Of a DNA stretch of 64,000 nucleotides, positions 18,801 to 28,532 are shown in pieces. Position 1 is the first letter of the stretch. The number at the start of each line of letters is the position of its first letter. The notes beneath the pieces are model-generated. The model ran no database searches. It saw only the letters and a program-made list of their open reading frames with translations, and had not been told where the DNA came from. A program made the position numbers and the translations under genes. The stretch comes from Vicinamibacterales bacterium (GTDB lineage: Bacteria; Acidobacteriota; Vicinamibacteria; Vicinamibacterales; UBA8438): the NCBI GenBank assembly GCA_965215155.1, contig CBDCCY010000002.1:559698-623697 (forward strand). Reading direction: 5' to 3'.

Positions 18801-19583
18801 ATGACCTGGGCGGAGGCCCGCGGGGCGTTCGCCTACTACCTGCCCGACCTCCCGCTGCTCGGCGGCACGGTGCGCGACCGCGCCATGCGCTGGCTCGAGC
18901 CGGAGAACTTCGGGTACGCCCGCTTCGATCGGAACAATCCGGAGGGGTTCTACCGTCGCACCAAGAACCAGACAGGGGAAGTGGCGGCGCGCGCGGATCA
19001 GCTCGACCCGCAGTGGCGGCTGGTCATAGAGCACCCCGAAGGCGGGCGCCTCTCGGGCATGCAGGTGACGCGCGACACCGTCCTGAAGCGGGCGGCGGCC
19101 GACCAGATACGCGCCGACTGGCTCAAGCAGGGCATCCTGACGGCGGCGTTCGCCGCACGCGGCGCCGGCCTGTCCGTAGGAAGCTGCTCTTCCATCGTCG
19201 GCCCGGCGGGCGAGCGCTACGGCTGGAAGATCGGGTGGCCGGTGAGTCAGGCCTGCGCGCTTGCCCAGGAGTGGGTGCTCCTGTTCGTTCCGCTCGCCGG
19301 CGTGATGATTGTCCTCGCCTGGCGGCGCCGGGACATCGCCTCGGCCCTGCTGCTGGCGCCCATCGTCTACGGCTTCGGCATCCACGCGGTGGCGACGCAC
19401 TTCATCGAGCGCTACTCGCGGCCCCTTATCCCGGTCCTGGTGGTGGTGGCCGCGCTGGCGGCCCAGGAAGGCTGGCGCCGGTTCCAGGGCGCCCGGCAGC
19501 GGCGGCGGGCCGGCGGAGCCGGCAGCCAGCCCGCGGCCGGAGTCGGCGACCGGACACGGGCGGCCGGCGTCACCGATCGCTGA
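18801..19583 (+). pseudogene. C-terminal part of a membrane protein (glycosyltransferase-39/mannosyltransferase-like), 5' truncated
   Basis: Lumenal domain plus TM helices (EWVLLFVPLAGVMIVLAW, LLLAPIVYGFGIHAVATHFIERYSRPLIPVLVVVAAL); begins abruptly at the radical SAM junction. Confidence 0.6.
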
Positions 19584-19593
19584 CCCCGAGACG

Positions 19594-20529
19594 ATGTCGC
19601 AAGCATCCCATCCGGCGGGACGCCGCCCCGAATCGCTGCTGGTGATAATCCCGGCATTCAACGAGGAGGAGTCCATCGGTGAGGTGGTGGCCGGGGTCCG
19701 GGAGTGCGCCGGCCGCCTGGCCGAGTCGGGACTCCGGATGCAGGTCTGCGTCATCGACGACGGCTCCACCGACGACACGGCCGGGGCCGCGCGTACGGCC
19801 GGCGCCGATCAGGTCCTGGTCCACGGCCGCAACCTCGGGTGCGGCGCCGCCGTCCGCAGCGGGCTGCTCCACGGCCGCCAGCAAGGGGCCGACATCGCGG
19901 TCAAGCTGGACGGCGACGGCCAGCACGACCCGGCGGACATCCCCGAGCTGCTCCGTCCCATCCTCGAGGACCGCGCCGACGTCGTCTACGGGAACCGGTT
20001 CTCGCGCATCACTTACCGCATGCCCTTCGTGCGGCGCGTCGGCAACTCGCTCTTCCGCGGGTTGATGCGCTGGCTGACCCACTGGGACGTCAAGGACTCG
20101 CAGCCCGGCATGTTCGCCGTCAACGACGCCTACCTGCAGGTCTGCTTCATCCCCGGCGACTACAACTACACCCAGCAGGTGCTGCTGGACGCCTACCTGA
20201 AGGGGATGCGGTTCGACTGGGCGCCGATAGCGTTCCACCGGCGGAAGGCCGGCGAGTCGTTCGTCTCGCTCAAGTACCCGTTCAAGGTGCTGCCGCAGAT
20301 CCTGATGCTGATGGTCCTCGTCCGCCCGCTCAAGGTCTTCCTGCCGGTGGCGGCGTTCTTCCTGGCGGCCGCCGGCATCGTCTTCGTGGTGGAGCTGGCG
20401 CTCTGGTTCGCCGGGTACACGGCGCGGCCGGTCGAGAACTCCAACCTCGTGCTGGGCATGGCCATGTTCGGCCTGAACACCGGGTTCTTCGGGCTGCTCG
20501 CCGAGATCGTCGTGCGCCGCACGTCGTAG
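19594..20529 (+). CDS. Family 2 glycosyltransferase (dolichyl-phosphate-mannose-synthase-like)
   Basis: LLVIIPAFNEEESIGEVV, VIDDGSTDDT, KLDGDGQHDP, C-terminal TM helices. Confidence 0.9.
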   Translation: MSQASHPAGRRPESLLVIIPAFNEEESIGEVVAGVRECAGRLAESGLRMQVCVIDDGSTDDTAGAARTAGADQVLVHGRNLGCGAAVRSGLLHGRQQGADIAVKLDGDGQHDPADIPELLRPILEDRADVVYGNRFSRITYRMPFVRRVGNSLFRGLMRWLTHWDVKDSQPGMFAVNDAYLQVCFIPGDYNYTQQVLLDAYLKGMRFDWAPIAFHRRKAGESFVSLKYPFKVLPQILMLMVLVRPLKVFLPVAAFFLAAAGIVFVVELALWFAGYTARPVENSNLVLGMAMFGLNTGFFGLLAEIVVRRTS

Positions 20530-20589
20530 GCGCATTCGCCTGAGCCCCAGCACCCACCGCCCCAGTGACCTTGCGCGCCCTCACGGGCG

Positions 20590-21220
20590 CGTTGGGAGTT
20601 TCCTCCGAAGCTCACCTCGGCGGCGGTCCATCCCACCCGCCGCGTGACGGCGGGCGATAGCGAGGTACCGTGCAGACCCAGGGCCTGGTCGCGCGGGCAC
20701 ACCCCCTTGCGGCAGGCGTCACAGTGGTAGTAGGCGCGCTGCAGGGTCACCGGCCCCAACAGCGTGGTGAACGTCTTCGGGCGACGGCCGGCGTAGCGCG
20801 CCCGCCGGCCGCAGGCGCACGCGGTGGTCGAACCCGAATGGTCGGAATCGTCCGCGTTGCAGCGCTGCGCCATCCACTGCGCGGCGATGTCGAGGCTGCG
20901 GTGACGGACTGCCTGCTCCAGCGCTTCGAAATCCGCCGCGTCGACGGGCCCGGGACCGATGAGCGCATCGACTTCGGCCCCGATGGCGGCTACGAGCGCT
21001 GCGCCCGAGCCGCTTCCAAGGCCCGGTCCGCCGTGGCGAGCGCGCGGCGGCGAACCGTCTGCACGAACGTCTCGAAGTCCTGCGGAGTCCCGCTCCTCTG
21101 GCTCAGGAACGCGTCGAGGTCGGCTTCCACCGCCGACCGCAAGGCGGCGAACAGCTCCTTCCGGGAGCCCCCTTTTTCCGCCGCGTCAGCAATCCGTTCC
21201 GGCATCTGCGCCTCGGGCAT
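20590..21220 (-). pseudogene. ISKra4-type transposase N-terminal remnant
   Basis: Fragments in different frames: MPEAQMPERIADAAEKGG... and ACACGRRARYAGRRPKTFTTLLGPVTLQRAYYHCDACRKGVCPRDQALGL; no catalytic part follows. Confidence 0.55.
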
Positions 21221-21446
21221 GGTCGGAGTCCTCCCTACCCGACGTATCGGTCGATCAGCGCTCGCTCGATACCCCGTACGGCAAGACCCTCAACTTTCTT
21301 GTCGTGCACCCAGGAGGCGGACGGGGAAGAGGCAGAAGCATGGGAGGATCGAGGGATCGCGGACAATCAGATGGGGGCACGGACGGAGAACAGGCCGGAG
21401 GCGGAGAGCACGGACGACACGATGCGCAGCAGGGCAGCGACGGTGA

Positions 21447-21770
21447 GAGTGTGATCCAACCTGTCGTCTGATCACAACAAGGACCGAGGCGAACTTACAC
21501 CGATGATGCCGCAGTAAGGGTGTAAGGAGGACAGGCGGCCGAACTTACACTTCCAGTCACACCTGAACTTACACCCGGCAACCAGCCAAGTCGTTTCCTA
21601 TCAACAGATTCCCACATCACAGACCCACCCCCACGTGCAGACAAAAGGGTCGGGTGGGAGTAGGGGAGCGACCACGCGGAAACCTGGCGGTTTCCGGCCC
21701 CCGCCGGTGCTCCTCCGTCACACCTGCGGGGTCGCGGTCGCTCCCCTTGAAATTGTCCCTCCAGGAAGGG
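21447..21770 (+). repeat. Direct repeat R1 (uninterrupted paralogous copy)
   Basis: GTGTGATCC... to ...AATTGTCCCTCCAGGAAGGG closely matches 26701-26848 joined to 29669-29850. Confidence 0.9.
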
Positions 21771-22321
21771 TGAGAACCTGCCGTCTCCGCCGGCCGGCCG
21801 GCTCGCGTCGCTCGCCAGCGTCGGGCCATGAACGCTGCCCCGCCTGCGGCGCTCTCCGGCAGCGCGTGCAGGTCGGGCGGAGCCGGCCGGCGGCTTCCAC
21901 CAGAGGCGGGTAGCTACGGGACGGCCGGCGTGTCAACGCGCTTCGCACGTTCTCCGCTGCGCTTCGACCCTGTCGGGTGACACACCGTCCGCCCCTCCGC
22001 TCAGACAGCCGTTGTGGGCCTTGCGGCCCGGCCTGGACGGGAACCGTCCCGTCGTCCCACTCGGCTCGCCCGCGGATGGACCCCCGATGCGGAAAAATGC
22101 GGGCGGCGAGATTTTTCTTTGCCCGTGCAGGTCGCTTCATAGAGTGCGGAAAGGTGCTCATCCGGTCCTGTCCAGTCTCAGCAGGTCGGAAGGCGCCCAG
22201 AAGGGTCTAATCCGTGCAAAGTGCTGCATTGCATGGGTTTGCGCTGTTTGTGGTACGTTGTTCTCCGAACCGCGGGGCGTGATATCGCCGCGCAATCCCG
22301 CCATCTCAAGGAGGGCTGAAG

Positions 22322-22570
22322 ATGACCACGAACCGAGACTTCACCCGCCGGCGTGCGAGCGTCGGAAACCCCCTGCCCAGGCTGCTCACCCTGCGCGACG
22401 TGACCGAGCTGACGGCCCTGTCCCGCTCGGCCGTCTACGCGCTGATGAGCGAGTCCAGGTTCCCGAAGCCGCTCCGCGTCGGCAGCCGCGCCGTCCGGTG
22501 GGTCGAGCACGAGGTGCTCGACTTCATCGCCACCCGCCCCCGCGCCGGCTCGGAGCGGCCCACTCGGTAA
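22322..22570 (+). CDS. AlpA-type helix-turn-helix regulator/excisionase
   Basis: PLPRLLTLRDVTELTALSRSAVYALMSESRFPKPLRVGSRAVRWVEHEVLDFIATR. Confidence 0.85.
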   Translation: MTTNRDFTRRRASVGNPLPRLLTLRDVTELTALSRSAVYALMSESRFPKPLRVGSRAVRWVEHEVLDFIATRPRAGSERPTR

Positions 22571-22575
22571 CGGCC

Positions 22576-24477
22576 ATGCTCGACCTGCTCGACCGCCTGG
22601 AGGGCGTCAGGGAGTCGGGTGCGGGCTGGACCGCGCGATGCCCGGCGCATGCCGACCGCCGGGCATCGCTCGCGGTCGGCCGCGGCGACGACGGCCGCTG
22701 GCTCCTGAAGTGCCACGCCGGCTGCGCGTTCGGCGCCGTCGTCGGCGCGCTCGGCATCGACGCCCGCGACCTCTTCCCCTCGAACGGACACCGCCACCCG
22801 CCCGCGCGGCGGGAGGCGGCCGTCTACGACTACGACGGCGTGTTCGAGGTGGTCCGCTACGAGCCGAAGGACTTCCGGCAGCGGCGGCCGGACGGGCGAG
22901 GCGGCTACCTGTGGAACCTCGACGGCATCACGCCGCGGCTCTATCGCCTGAACGACCTGGCCGGCCGCGATGCGGCCGTCGTGGTCGAGGGCGAGAAGGA
23001 CGTGGACCGGCTGTGGTCGCTCGACCTGCCGGCGACCTGCAACGCGGGCGGAGCCGGCCAGTGGAGGTCCACGCATGCCGAGCAGCTCAAGGTTGCCGGC
23101 GTGCGGTCGGTGGTCGTCGTTCCCGATGCCGACGACGCGGGCCGGAGACATGGTCAGGCGGTTGCGCGAGCGTGCGCAGCGGCCGGACTGCGGGCGCGGA
23201 TCGCCGCGCTGCCCGACGGACCCAAGGACATCTGCGCGTACCTTGACGACGGTCACGACAAGCGCGAGCTGGCGGAGGTGATCGCCGCTGCCGAGTCGTA
23301 CGACGGGGCCGCCGACCTGCCGGCCGGGGTCGTGCGGTTGAGTGACGCCGATGTCGAGGGTACGGCGGCCGAGGGACCGCCGGCCGTCGCGCGGCTGATC
23401 GCCCACGCGGGGCGGGTCACGTTGCTGCACGCGCGGGAGAAGGCCGGCAAGAGCACGCTGATCGGCGCCGCGGTGGCCGCCGTCACCCGCGGGCGGTCGT
23501 TCCTGGGCATGCCCACCGTTGCGGGCGACGTGCTGTGGGTCGGCGAGGAGGCGGCCTCGGATGTCAAGGCGCGGCTGTTCCAGTGGGACGCGGACCTGGA
23601 ACGGGTGTACTTCGTCGGCCGGCCGAGCCGGGACCTGGAGCACGAGGCGTCGCTGCGACGGCTGGTCGAGCGGCTGCGGCCGGTGTGGGTCGTCATCGAC
23701 ACCTGGTCGCACTACCTCCAGGTCCATCGCGTGAAGGACACGGCCGGCCCCGGCGAGCAGGGGCTGCTGATCGGCGAGGTCGTCAGTCTGGCCCGCGAGT
23801 CCGGGTCGGCGTTCGCCGTCTCGCACCACAACCGGAAGAACCCCAGCGCCAGCGCCGAGTCCGGCGACGCGGAGGGCGAGTACCGGGACTCGACGGCGAT
23901 CGGCGCGGCCGTGGACATGATCGTGTCGTTGAGCCGGGCGAAGATGCCGCGGGCGCGGCGCCTCACGCCGTCCGGCCGCTGGCCCGAGGAGCCGCTGACC
24001 GTCGTCCTCGAGCCGGGCGTCGGCTACGAGCTGGCGCCGGACCTGGAGGAGGACGAACAGGCCCGTGCGGACGGCAAGCCGCCGGCCCGCCCGCTCCCGG
24101 AACGCGCGCTGCTGCACCTGCTCCGGTGCGATCCGCTGGCCCGGCCTCATGCGAGCACCCTGGCCGACGCGCTCGATTGCAGCGGACGGCGGTACCAGGA
24201 CCTGCGCGCGGCGCTCGATGCGCTGCTCGACGACGGGCTCGTCGACCACGCCCAGCGCCCTGGCGCGACGAAGCAGCGGGACCGGGGCTACGCACTGACC
24301 GCCGAAGGCCGCGAGCGGGCCGAGGCTCTCCGCGACCAGTCGATTTCCGCGATTTCCACCAAGGGAAACGGGGCGGAAACGCTCGGGAACACGCCGGGAA
24401 ATCCAACTCGATTTCCATTTCCGCGATTTCCCCCCCAGGGGGTGGGCGGAAATGGAAATGGAAATCGAACTGCTTGA
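22576..24477 (+). CDS. Primase/TOPRIM + RepA-like AAA ATPase fusion of an integrative element
   Basis: CPAHADRRASLAV zinc-motif start, TOPRIM-like VVVEGEKDVDRLWS and VVVVPDADDAGRRH, Walker-like HAREKAGKSTLIGAA. Confidence 0.8.
   Translation: MLDLLDRLEGVRESGAGWTARCPAHADRRASLAVGRGDDGRWLLKCHAGCAFGAVVGALGIDARDLFPSNGHRHPPARREAAVYDYDGVFEVVRYEPKDFRQRRPDGRGGYLWNLDGITPRLYRLNDLAGRDAAVVVEGEKDVDRLWSLDLPATCNAGGAGQWRSTHAEQLKVAGVRSVVVVPDADDAGRRHGQAVARACAAAGLRARIAALPDGPKDICAYLDDGHDKRELAEVIAAAESYDGAADLPAGVVRLSDADVEGTAAEGPPAVARLIAHAGRVTLLHAREKAGKSTLIGAAVAAVTRGRSFLGMPTVAGDVLWVGEEAASDVKARLFQWDADLERVYFVGRPSRDLEHEASLRRLVERLRPVWVVIDTWSHYLQVHRVKDTAGPGEQGLLIGEVVSLARESGSAFAVSHHNRKNPSASAESGDAEGEYRDSTAIGAAVDMIVSLSRAKMPRARRLTPSGRWPEEPLTVVLEPGVGYELAPDLEEDEQARADGKPPARPLPERALLHLLRCDPLARPHASTLADALDCSGRRYQDLRAALDALLDDGLVDHAQRPGATKQRDRGYALTAEGRERAEALRDQSISAISTKGNGAETLGNTPGNPTRFPFPRFPPQGVGGNGNGNRTA
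24409..24467. repeat. GGAAAT-based palindrome with C-rich loop, copy 1
   Basis: CGATTTCCATTTCC (24409-24422) / GGAAATGGAAATCG (24454-24467), perfect 14-bp arms. Confidence 0.9.
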
Positions 24478-24536
24478 GGGTCGATCTCTGGGCGGAGTCG
24501 GGGGCCACGGACCCCACGTCACGGAATCGGAATCCG

Positions 24537-25784
24537 TCACCGGCGCAGGGGGATGACCTGCCCCCGCTCCTCACCGAGATAGGCGCCCCAATCGTCCATG
24601 AGGCGTCGGCGGCGCGCGAACAGGTCGGACCGCGCGTAGGCCGCCTCGACCTGATTCCGCACCTTGTGGGCCAGCGCCGCCTCGACGACCTCACGCGGGT
24701 GGTCGGTCTCTTCGGCCGCCCAGTCCCGGAAGCTGGACCTGAAGCCATGCGGCACCGCCGCGATGCCCAGGTCCCGGATGAGCTTCGAGACCGCGGCGTC
24801 ATCGAGCGCCTTCCCGCGGACGCTCGGAAAGACCAGCCCGGCGAACTCGGGCCGGGTCGCGACGCCGCGGAGCTGCTCCGACTCGCGCAGGACCCCGGCC
24901 GCCCGGCCGCACAGCGGCACCCGGTGCTCGCGTTGCGCCTTCATCCGCGCCGCCGGAACCGTCCACACCCGCGCGACAAGGTCGACCTCGTCCCACGTCG
25001 CCCCCCGCGCCTCGCCGGACCTCGCGGCCGTCAACACGAGAAACTCGAAGGCCAGCTTCGTCCCGAGCCACGCATCCGAGCGCTGAACGGCCGCAACCGC
25101 GGCGGCGACCTCGCCGTGCGGCAGCGCCGCCCGGTGCTGCACGAGCACGGGACGCTTCGGCAGCGCCGCCGTGACCGCGTCGCCGGCTGGATTGTCGCTG
25201 CGGTAGCCCTGCGCGATGGCCCACCGCATGACCGTGCCGATGCGATGGCGCACCGACCGCGCCATCGCGTGCTTGCGCGTCCAGATGGGCAGCAGGACCG
25301 TCATGACGTCGGCCGTCGTCACCTGGTCGACGCTCTTGCCGCCGAGGTGCGGAAGCACATGGTCGCGCAGGCTCGCCCGCCACTGCTTCGGGGTCTTGCC
25401 GGCCCGCCACGCCTCCCCGTGGATGGCGATCACCTGCTCGACCGCCTCCTCGAACGTCGGGATCCCCTCGGAGCGGCGCCGGTCCGCGAGCGGGTCTCCG
25501 CCCTCGCGGGCGGCCTTGCGGTTGGCGAGCGCCTTCTCGCGGGCCTCGGCCAACGACACCAGCGCGTAGCTGCCGAGACCGAGCGCGCGGGACCGCCCGC
25601 GGATGACCAGCCGTTGCACCCAGCGGCGCGCCCCGGACGGGTCGACGTGCAGATAGAGGCCATTCCCGTCAGCGTAGCGGCCCGCCTCGGCGACCGAACG
25701 GCAGAAGGCGGCGGAGAGCGCCTTGTCGGGATGGCGGCCCCTGCGCTTGGTGGCTCGGGGTTTCCTGGGCAGGTCCATCGTCAT
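24537..25784 (-). CDS. P4-type tyrosine integrase
   Basis: Arm-binding N-terminus (GRYADGNGLYLHVDPSGARRWVQRLVIRG), LTAARSGEARGATWDEVD, HGFRSSFRDWAAE, ALAHKVRNQVEAAYARSD. Confidence 0.93.
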   Translation of the reverse strand: MTMDLPRKPRATKRRGRHPDKALSAAFCRSVAEAGRYADGNGLYLHVDPSGARRWVQRLVIRGRSRALGLGSYALVSLAEAREKALANRKAAREGGDPLADRRRSEGIPTFEEAVEQVIAIHGEAWRAGKTPKQWRASLRDHVLPHLGGKSVDQVTTADVMTVLLPIWTRKHAMARSVRHRIGTVMRWAIAQGYRSDNPAGDAVTAALPKRPVLVQHRAALPHGEVAAAVAAVQRSDAWLGTKLAFEFLVLTAARSGEARGATWDEVDLVARVWTVPAARMKAQREHRVPLCGRAAGVLRESEQLRGVATRPEFAGLVFPSVRGKALDDAAVSKLIRDLGIAAVPHGFRSSFRDWAAEETDHPREVVEAALAHKVRNQVEAAYARSDLFARRRRLMDDWGAYLGEERGQVIPLRR

Positions 25785-25929
25785 CTATCCCATTCCCAAT
25801 TCTCTCGCGGAATATAGCGAAAGTGTGGAGACGGGTCAAGACGACGGAGCGGGAGTAGTGGCCTTTTACTACGGTATTCAGTGCGTATTTCGCAGCACGG
25901 CGCGGAACGGCGCTGGATGGCGAAAGTCG

Positions 25930-26117
25930 GCTTTCGGTCCTCGTTCCGGGACTGGGCGGCCGAGAAGACCGACCATCCGCGCGAGGTCATCGAGGCGGCG
26001 CTGGCGCACGCGGTCGGCAACAAGGTCGAGGCGGCGTACGCAAGGTCGGACCTGTTCGAGCGGCGGCGGACTCTGATGAACGACTGGGCGGCCTACGTCG
26101 ATCGGGGTCGGCCGTGA
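25930..26117 (+). pseudogene. Tyrosine integrase C-terminal remnant
   Basis: GFRSSFRDWAAEKTDHPREVIEAALAHAVGNKVEAAYARSDLFERRRTLMNDWAAYVDRGRP without the preceding domains. Confidence 0.8.
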
Positions 26118-26152
26118 TGGCGATCAGCGAGTTGGCCACGACCGCCGCGGTT

Positions 26153-26211
26153 CGATTTCCATTTCCATTTCCGCCCACCCCCCAGGGGGGAAATCGTGGA
26201 AATGGAAATCG
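26153..26211. repeat. GGAAAT-based palindrome with C-rich loop, copy 2 (inverted relative to copy 1)
   Basis: CGATTTCCATTTCC (26153-26166) / GGAAATGGAAATCG (26198-26211); the body matches the reverse complement of copy 1. Confidence 0.9.
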
Positions 26212-26700
26212 AGTTGCGCTTCCCGTCGAGTTCCGGTGCGCTTCCGGCCTGTTTCCATTGGGGAAATCGAGGAAATCGCCTGGCGAGGCGAACCACACCG
26301 GCCGCCGGCGTGGTGTTGGGGCAACTACGGGCCGGAAGCCAGCTTCCGGCCCGTGGACGGACCGGCAGCCCACCACGTCCCTCGAACCCACGGTCGAACA
26401 CGGCAGCTCCGAGCCCTCGGGTACAGTGGGTCCAGTGATACGAGCCAGAGCAGCGGAACGGAGTCGCGGAGATGCGTTTACCGTTTACGCGTTTCCACCC
26501 CCCCCTGTGGAAACGGTAAACGCGTAAACGGATGGGAGGCGCCGCCTCGGCGAGCGCAAGACTCGTGCTACCGATCCGGTTGGGAGACGACGGTCACGGA
26601 GATCAACGGGAACGGACGCGGCGAACGTGACGGAGACCGGGCGCGGGATGAGAATCGAGGTCACGAAGGGACGACGATGGAGACTGGGAACGGGACGAGA

Positions 26701-26848
26701 GTGTGATCCACTCCGCGGCCCGATCACAGCCAGGACCGAGGCGAACTTACACCGATGGTGCCGCAGTAAGGGTGTAAGGAGGATAGGCGGCCGAACTTAC
26801 ACCCCCAGTCACACCTCAACTTACACTCGATAACCAGCCAAGTCCTTT
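26701..26848 (+). repeat. Direct repeat R2, left portion (interrupted by transposon)
   Basis: Matches 21450-21595; continues after the transposon at 29669. Confidence 0.9.
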
Positions 26849-26915
26849 GGGTGCGGCTCTTCTTCGTCGGCGGTCCAGAGATGTCCAAGGGTTGCTGCGA
26901 GCAGCAGGGCAAGAG

Positions 26916-28529
26916 CTACTTGACCCGTCGAAGACGGGGGGAGGAGGGCGGTGGGGACGGCTCGGTGACGGGTGGTGCTATCCCGTCAGCATAACGTTGG
27001 GCGTGGTTCCGTTCGTACTCGCGCGCCTCGTGGAAGTCCCAGTAGGCATCGAAGTCGCCGCTGGCTCGTAACGCTCGCAGCTTCAGGACCGCCTCGGCGC
27101 CGACCAGCCGCCAGCGGGCGCCGGTCAACTCCATCCGGTCGCGGACCAGGTGCCGGCACGCCCCCTCGATCACCCCCGTGGCGATGGGATAGCCCGCCGC
27201 GAGGTAGCGGTCGTAGTGTAGATACGGCCCATACTTCAGCAGGTAGTCGGCGCACGTGTCGACCGGCTTGCGGAGGTCGGGCGGCAGGCGGGCGACGGTG
27301 GCCGCTCGGCGCATTGCCGCCGCCACCCACCGGGCCTTGCCTTCGAGAATGCGTCGCACCCGCGTCCAAGCCCAGTATTCCCGCTCGAGGCTCTCCTCGC
27401 GATGGAACACCTGTGCCGCCTTCCAGACGTACTCGACCACGTGGATGATGTCGAGCACCACCGTGACGTCGACGCCGTACGCGGCGGCGCCCGCCTCCAC
27501 GAGGTCGAGCTGCATCTCGGCGCCGTCGACGAGCACGACCCAGCTCTTGACGCGCTCGGGGTCCCGGCGGTCCGCTTCCAGCAGCGCCTCCGCGACCACC
27601 TCCGCCGGCTCCCGTTCGAGGCTCGCCCAGACCCGTTTCGCCACCGGGCGAGGTCGCACGAGCGGGGGCCTGGACTTCTTCGTCCGGGTCCTGGCCACCG
27701 GCGAGCGGGGCATCAGGCTCTGCAGGAACTCCTCCGGGCTCCGCACGAACGGCGCGACCGTGTAGACGGCGGCCACCGTCGCCATGCGCTTCGCGTGCTT
27801 CTTCTCACCCGGCTGGAGACGCGGGAACCAGGCGAGCTGCTCGCGTTGCCGCCGGCGCCGCTCCGCCGCCCGCCGCGTCGCCTCGCGCAGGTCCTCGCGG
27901 TGCAGCACCACGCCCTTGCCGTCGAACGTGAGCACCAGAACCGACCCCTCCGGCGACGGCTCGCCCGCCGCCGCGCGGCGCGCCTCGTAGAAGGCGTCGA
28001 AGTCCTCCGCCGCGCGAGCTGCCAACTGTTCCGCCTGCCGCTTCGGCACCTCCGCTCCGGTATGGCGAGACAGATCGAACAGCGCTTCGTCGAACGACCG
28101 CGACGCGGCCGCCTCCGCCACCCGCCGGCGCACCTCGAGCGAGTACCGCTCCGGCGGCAGGTTGAGCGACGCATCCAGCGGATGCAGACTCTCGTGACCC
28201 GCACGCGCGTAGCCCACGCGCTCGACTTCCACCGTGCCGAAGGTCGTCTCCAGGTGTCGTTCGTGCACGCGCCGTTCCCCGCGCTCGACCCCATCGGCCC
28301 CCGCGACCGGACCGGCCGCCTCTCCCGGGCTGCGCTGGTCGAGGTGCCCCTGCAGGAGCTTGCGCAGCAACTCCTGGCCCCGCCGATTCAGCTCCCGTTC
28401 CAGGTCGCTCTCACTCATCTGCTGCGCTTCGCGCGACGAGAGGTAGGCTTTGGCATCCGCGTATACGGCGTCCGCCGCCGCATACGGCGCCGGGTCGGAG
28501 GGAGCGCCGCGGTCGGCGACGACTCGCAT
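26916..28529 (-). CDS. ISKra4-type transposase
   Basis: Domain content LVLTFDGKGVVLHRED, WVVLVDGAEMQLDLVEA, VVLDIIHVVEYVWKAAQVFH, GYPIATGVIEGACRHLVRDRMELTGARW. Confidence 0.85.
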   Translation of the reverse strand: MRVVADRGAPSDPAPYAAADAVYADAKAYLSSREAQQMSESDLERELNRRGQELLRKLLQGHLDQRSPGEAAGPVAGADGVERGERRVHERHLETTFGTVEVERVGYARAGHESLHPLDASLNLPPERYSLEVRRRVAEAAASRSFDEALFDLSRHTGAEVPKRQAEQLAARAAEDFDAFYEARRAAAGEPSPEGSVLVLTFDGKGVVLHREDLREATRRAAERRRRQREQLAWFPRLQPGEKKHAKRMATVAAVYTVAPFVRSPEEFLQSLMPRSPVARTRTKKSRPPLVRPRPVAKRVWASLEREPAEVVAEALLEADRRDPERVKSWVVLVDGAEMQLDLVEAGAAAYGVDVTVVLDIIHVVEYVWKAAQVFHREESLEREYWAWTRVRRILEGKARWVAAAMRRAATVARLPPDLRKPVDTCADYLLKYGPYLHYDRYLAAGYPIATGVIEGACRHLVRDRMELTGARWRLVGAEAVLKLRALRASGDFDAYWDFHEAREYERNHAQRYADGIAPPVTEPSPPPSSPRLRRVK

Positions 28530-28532
28530 CGC

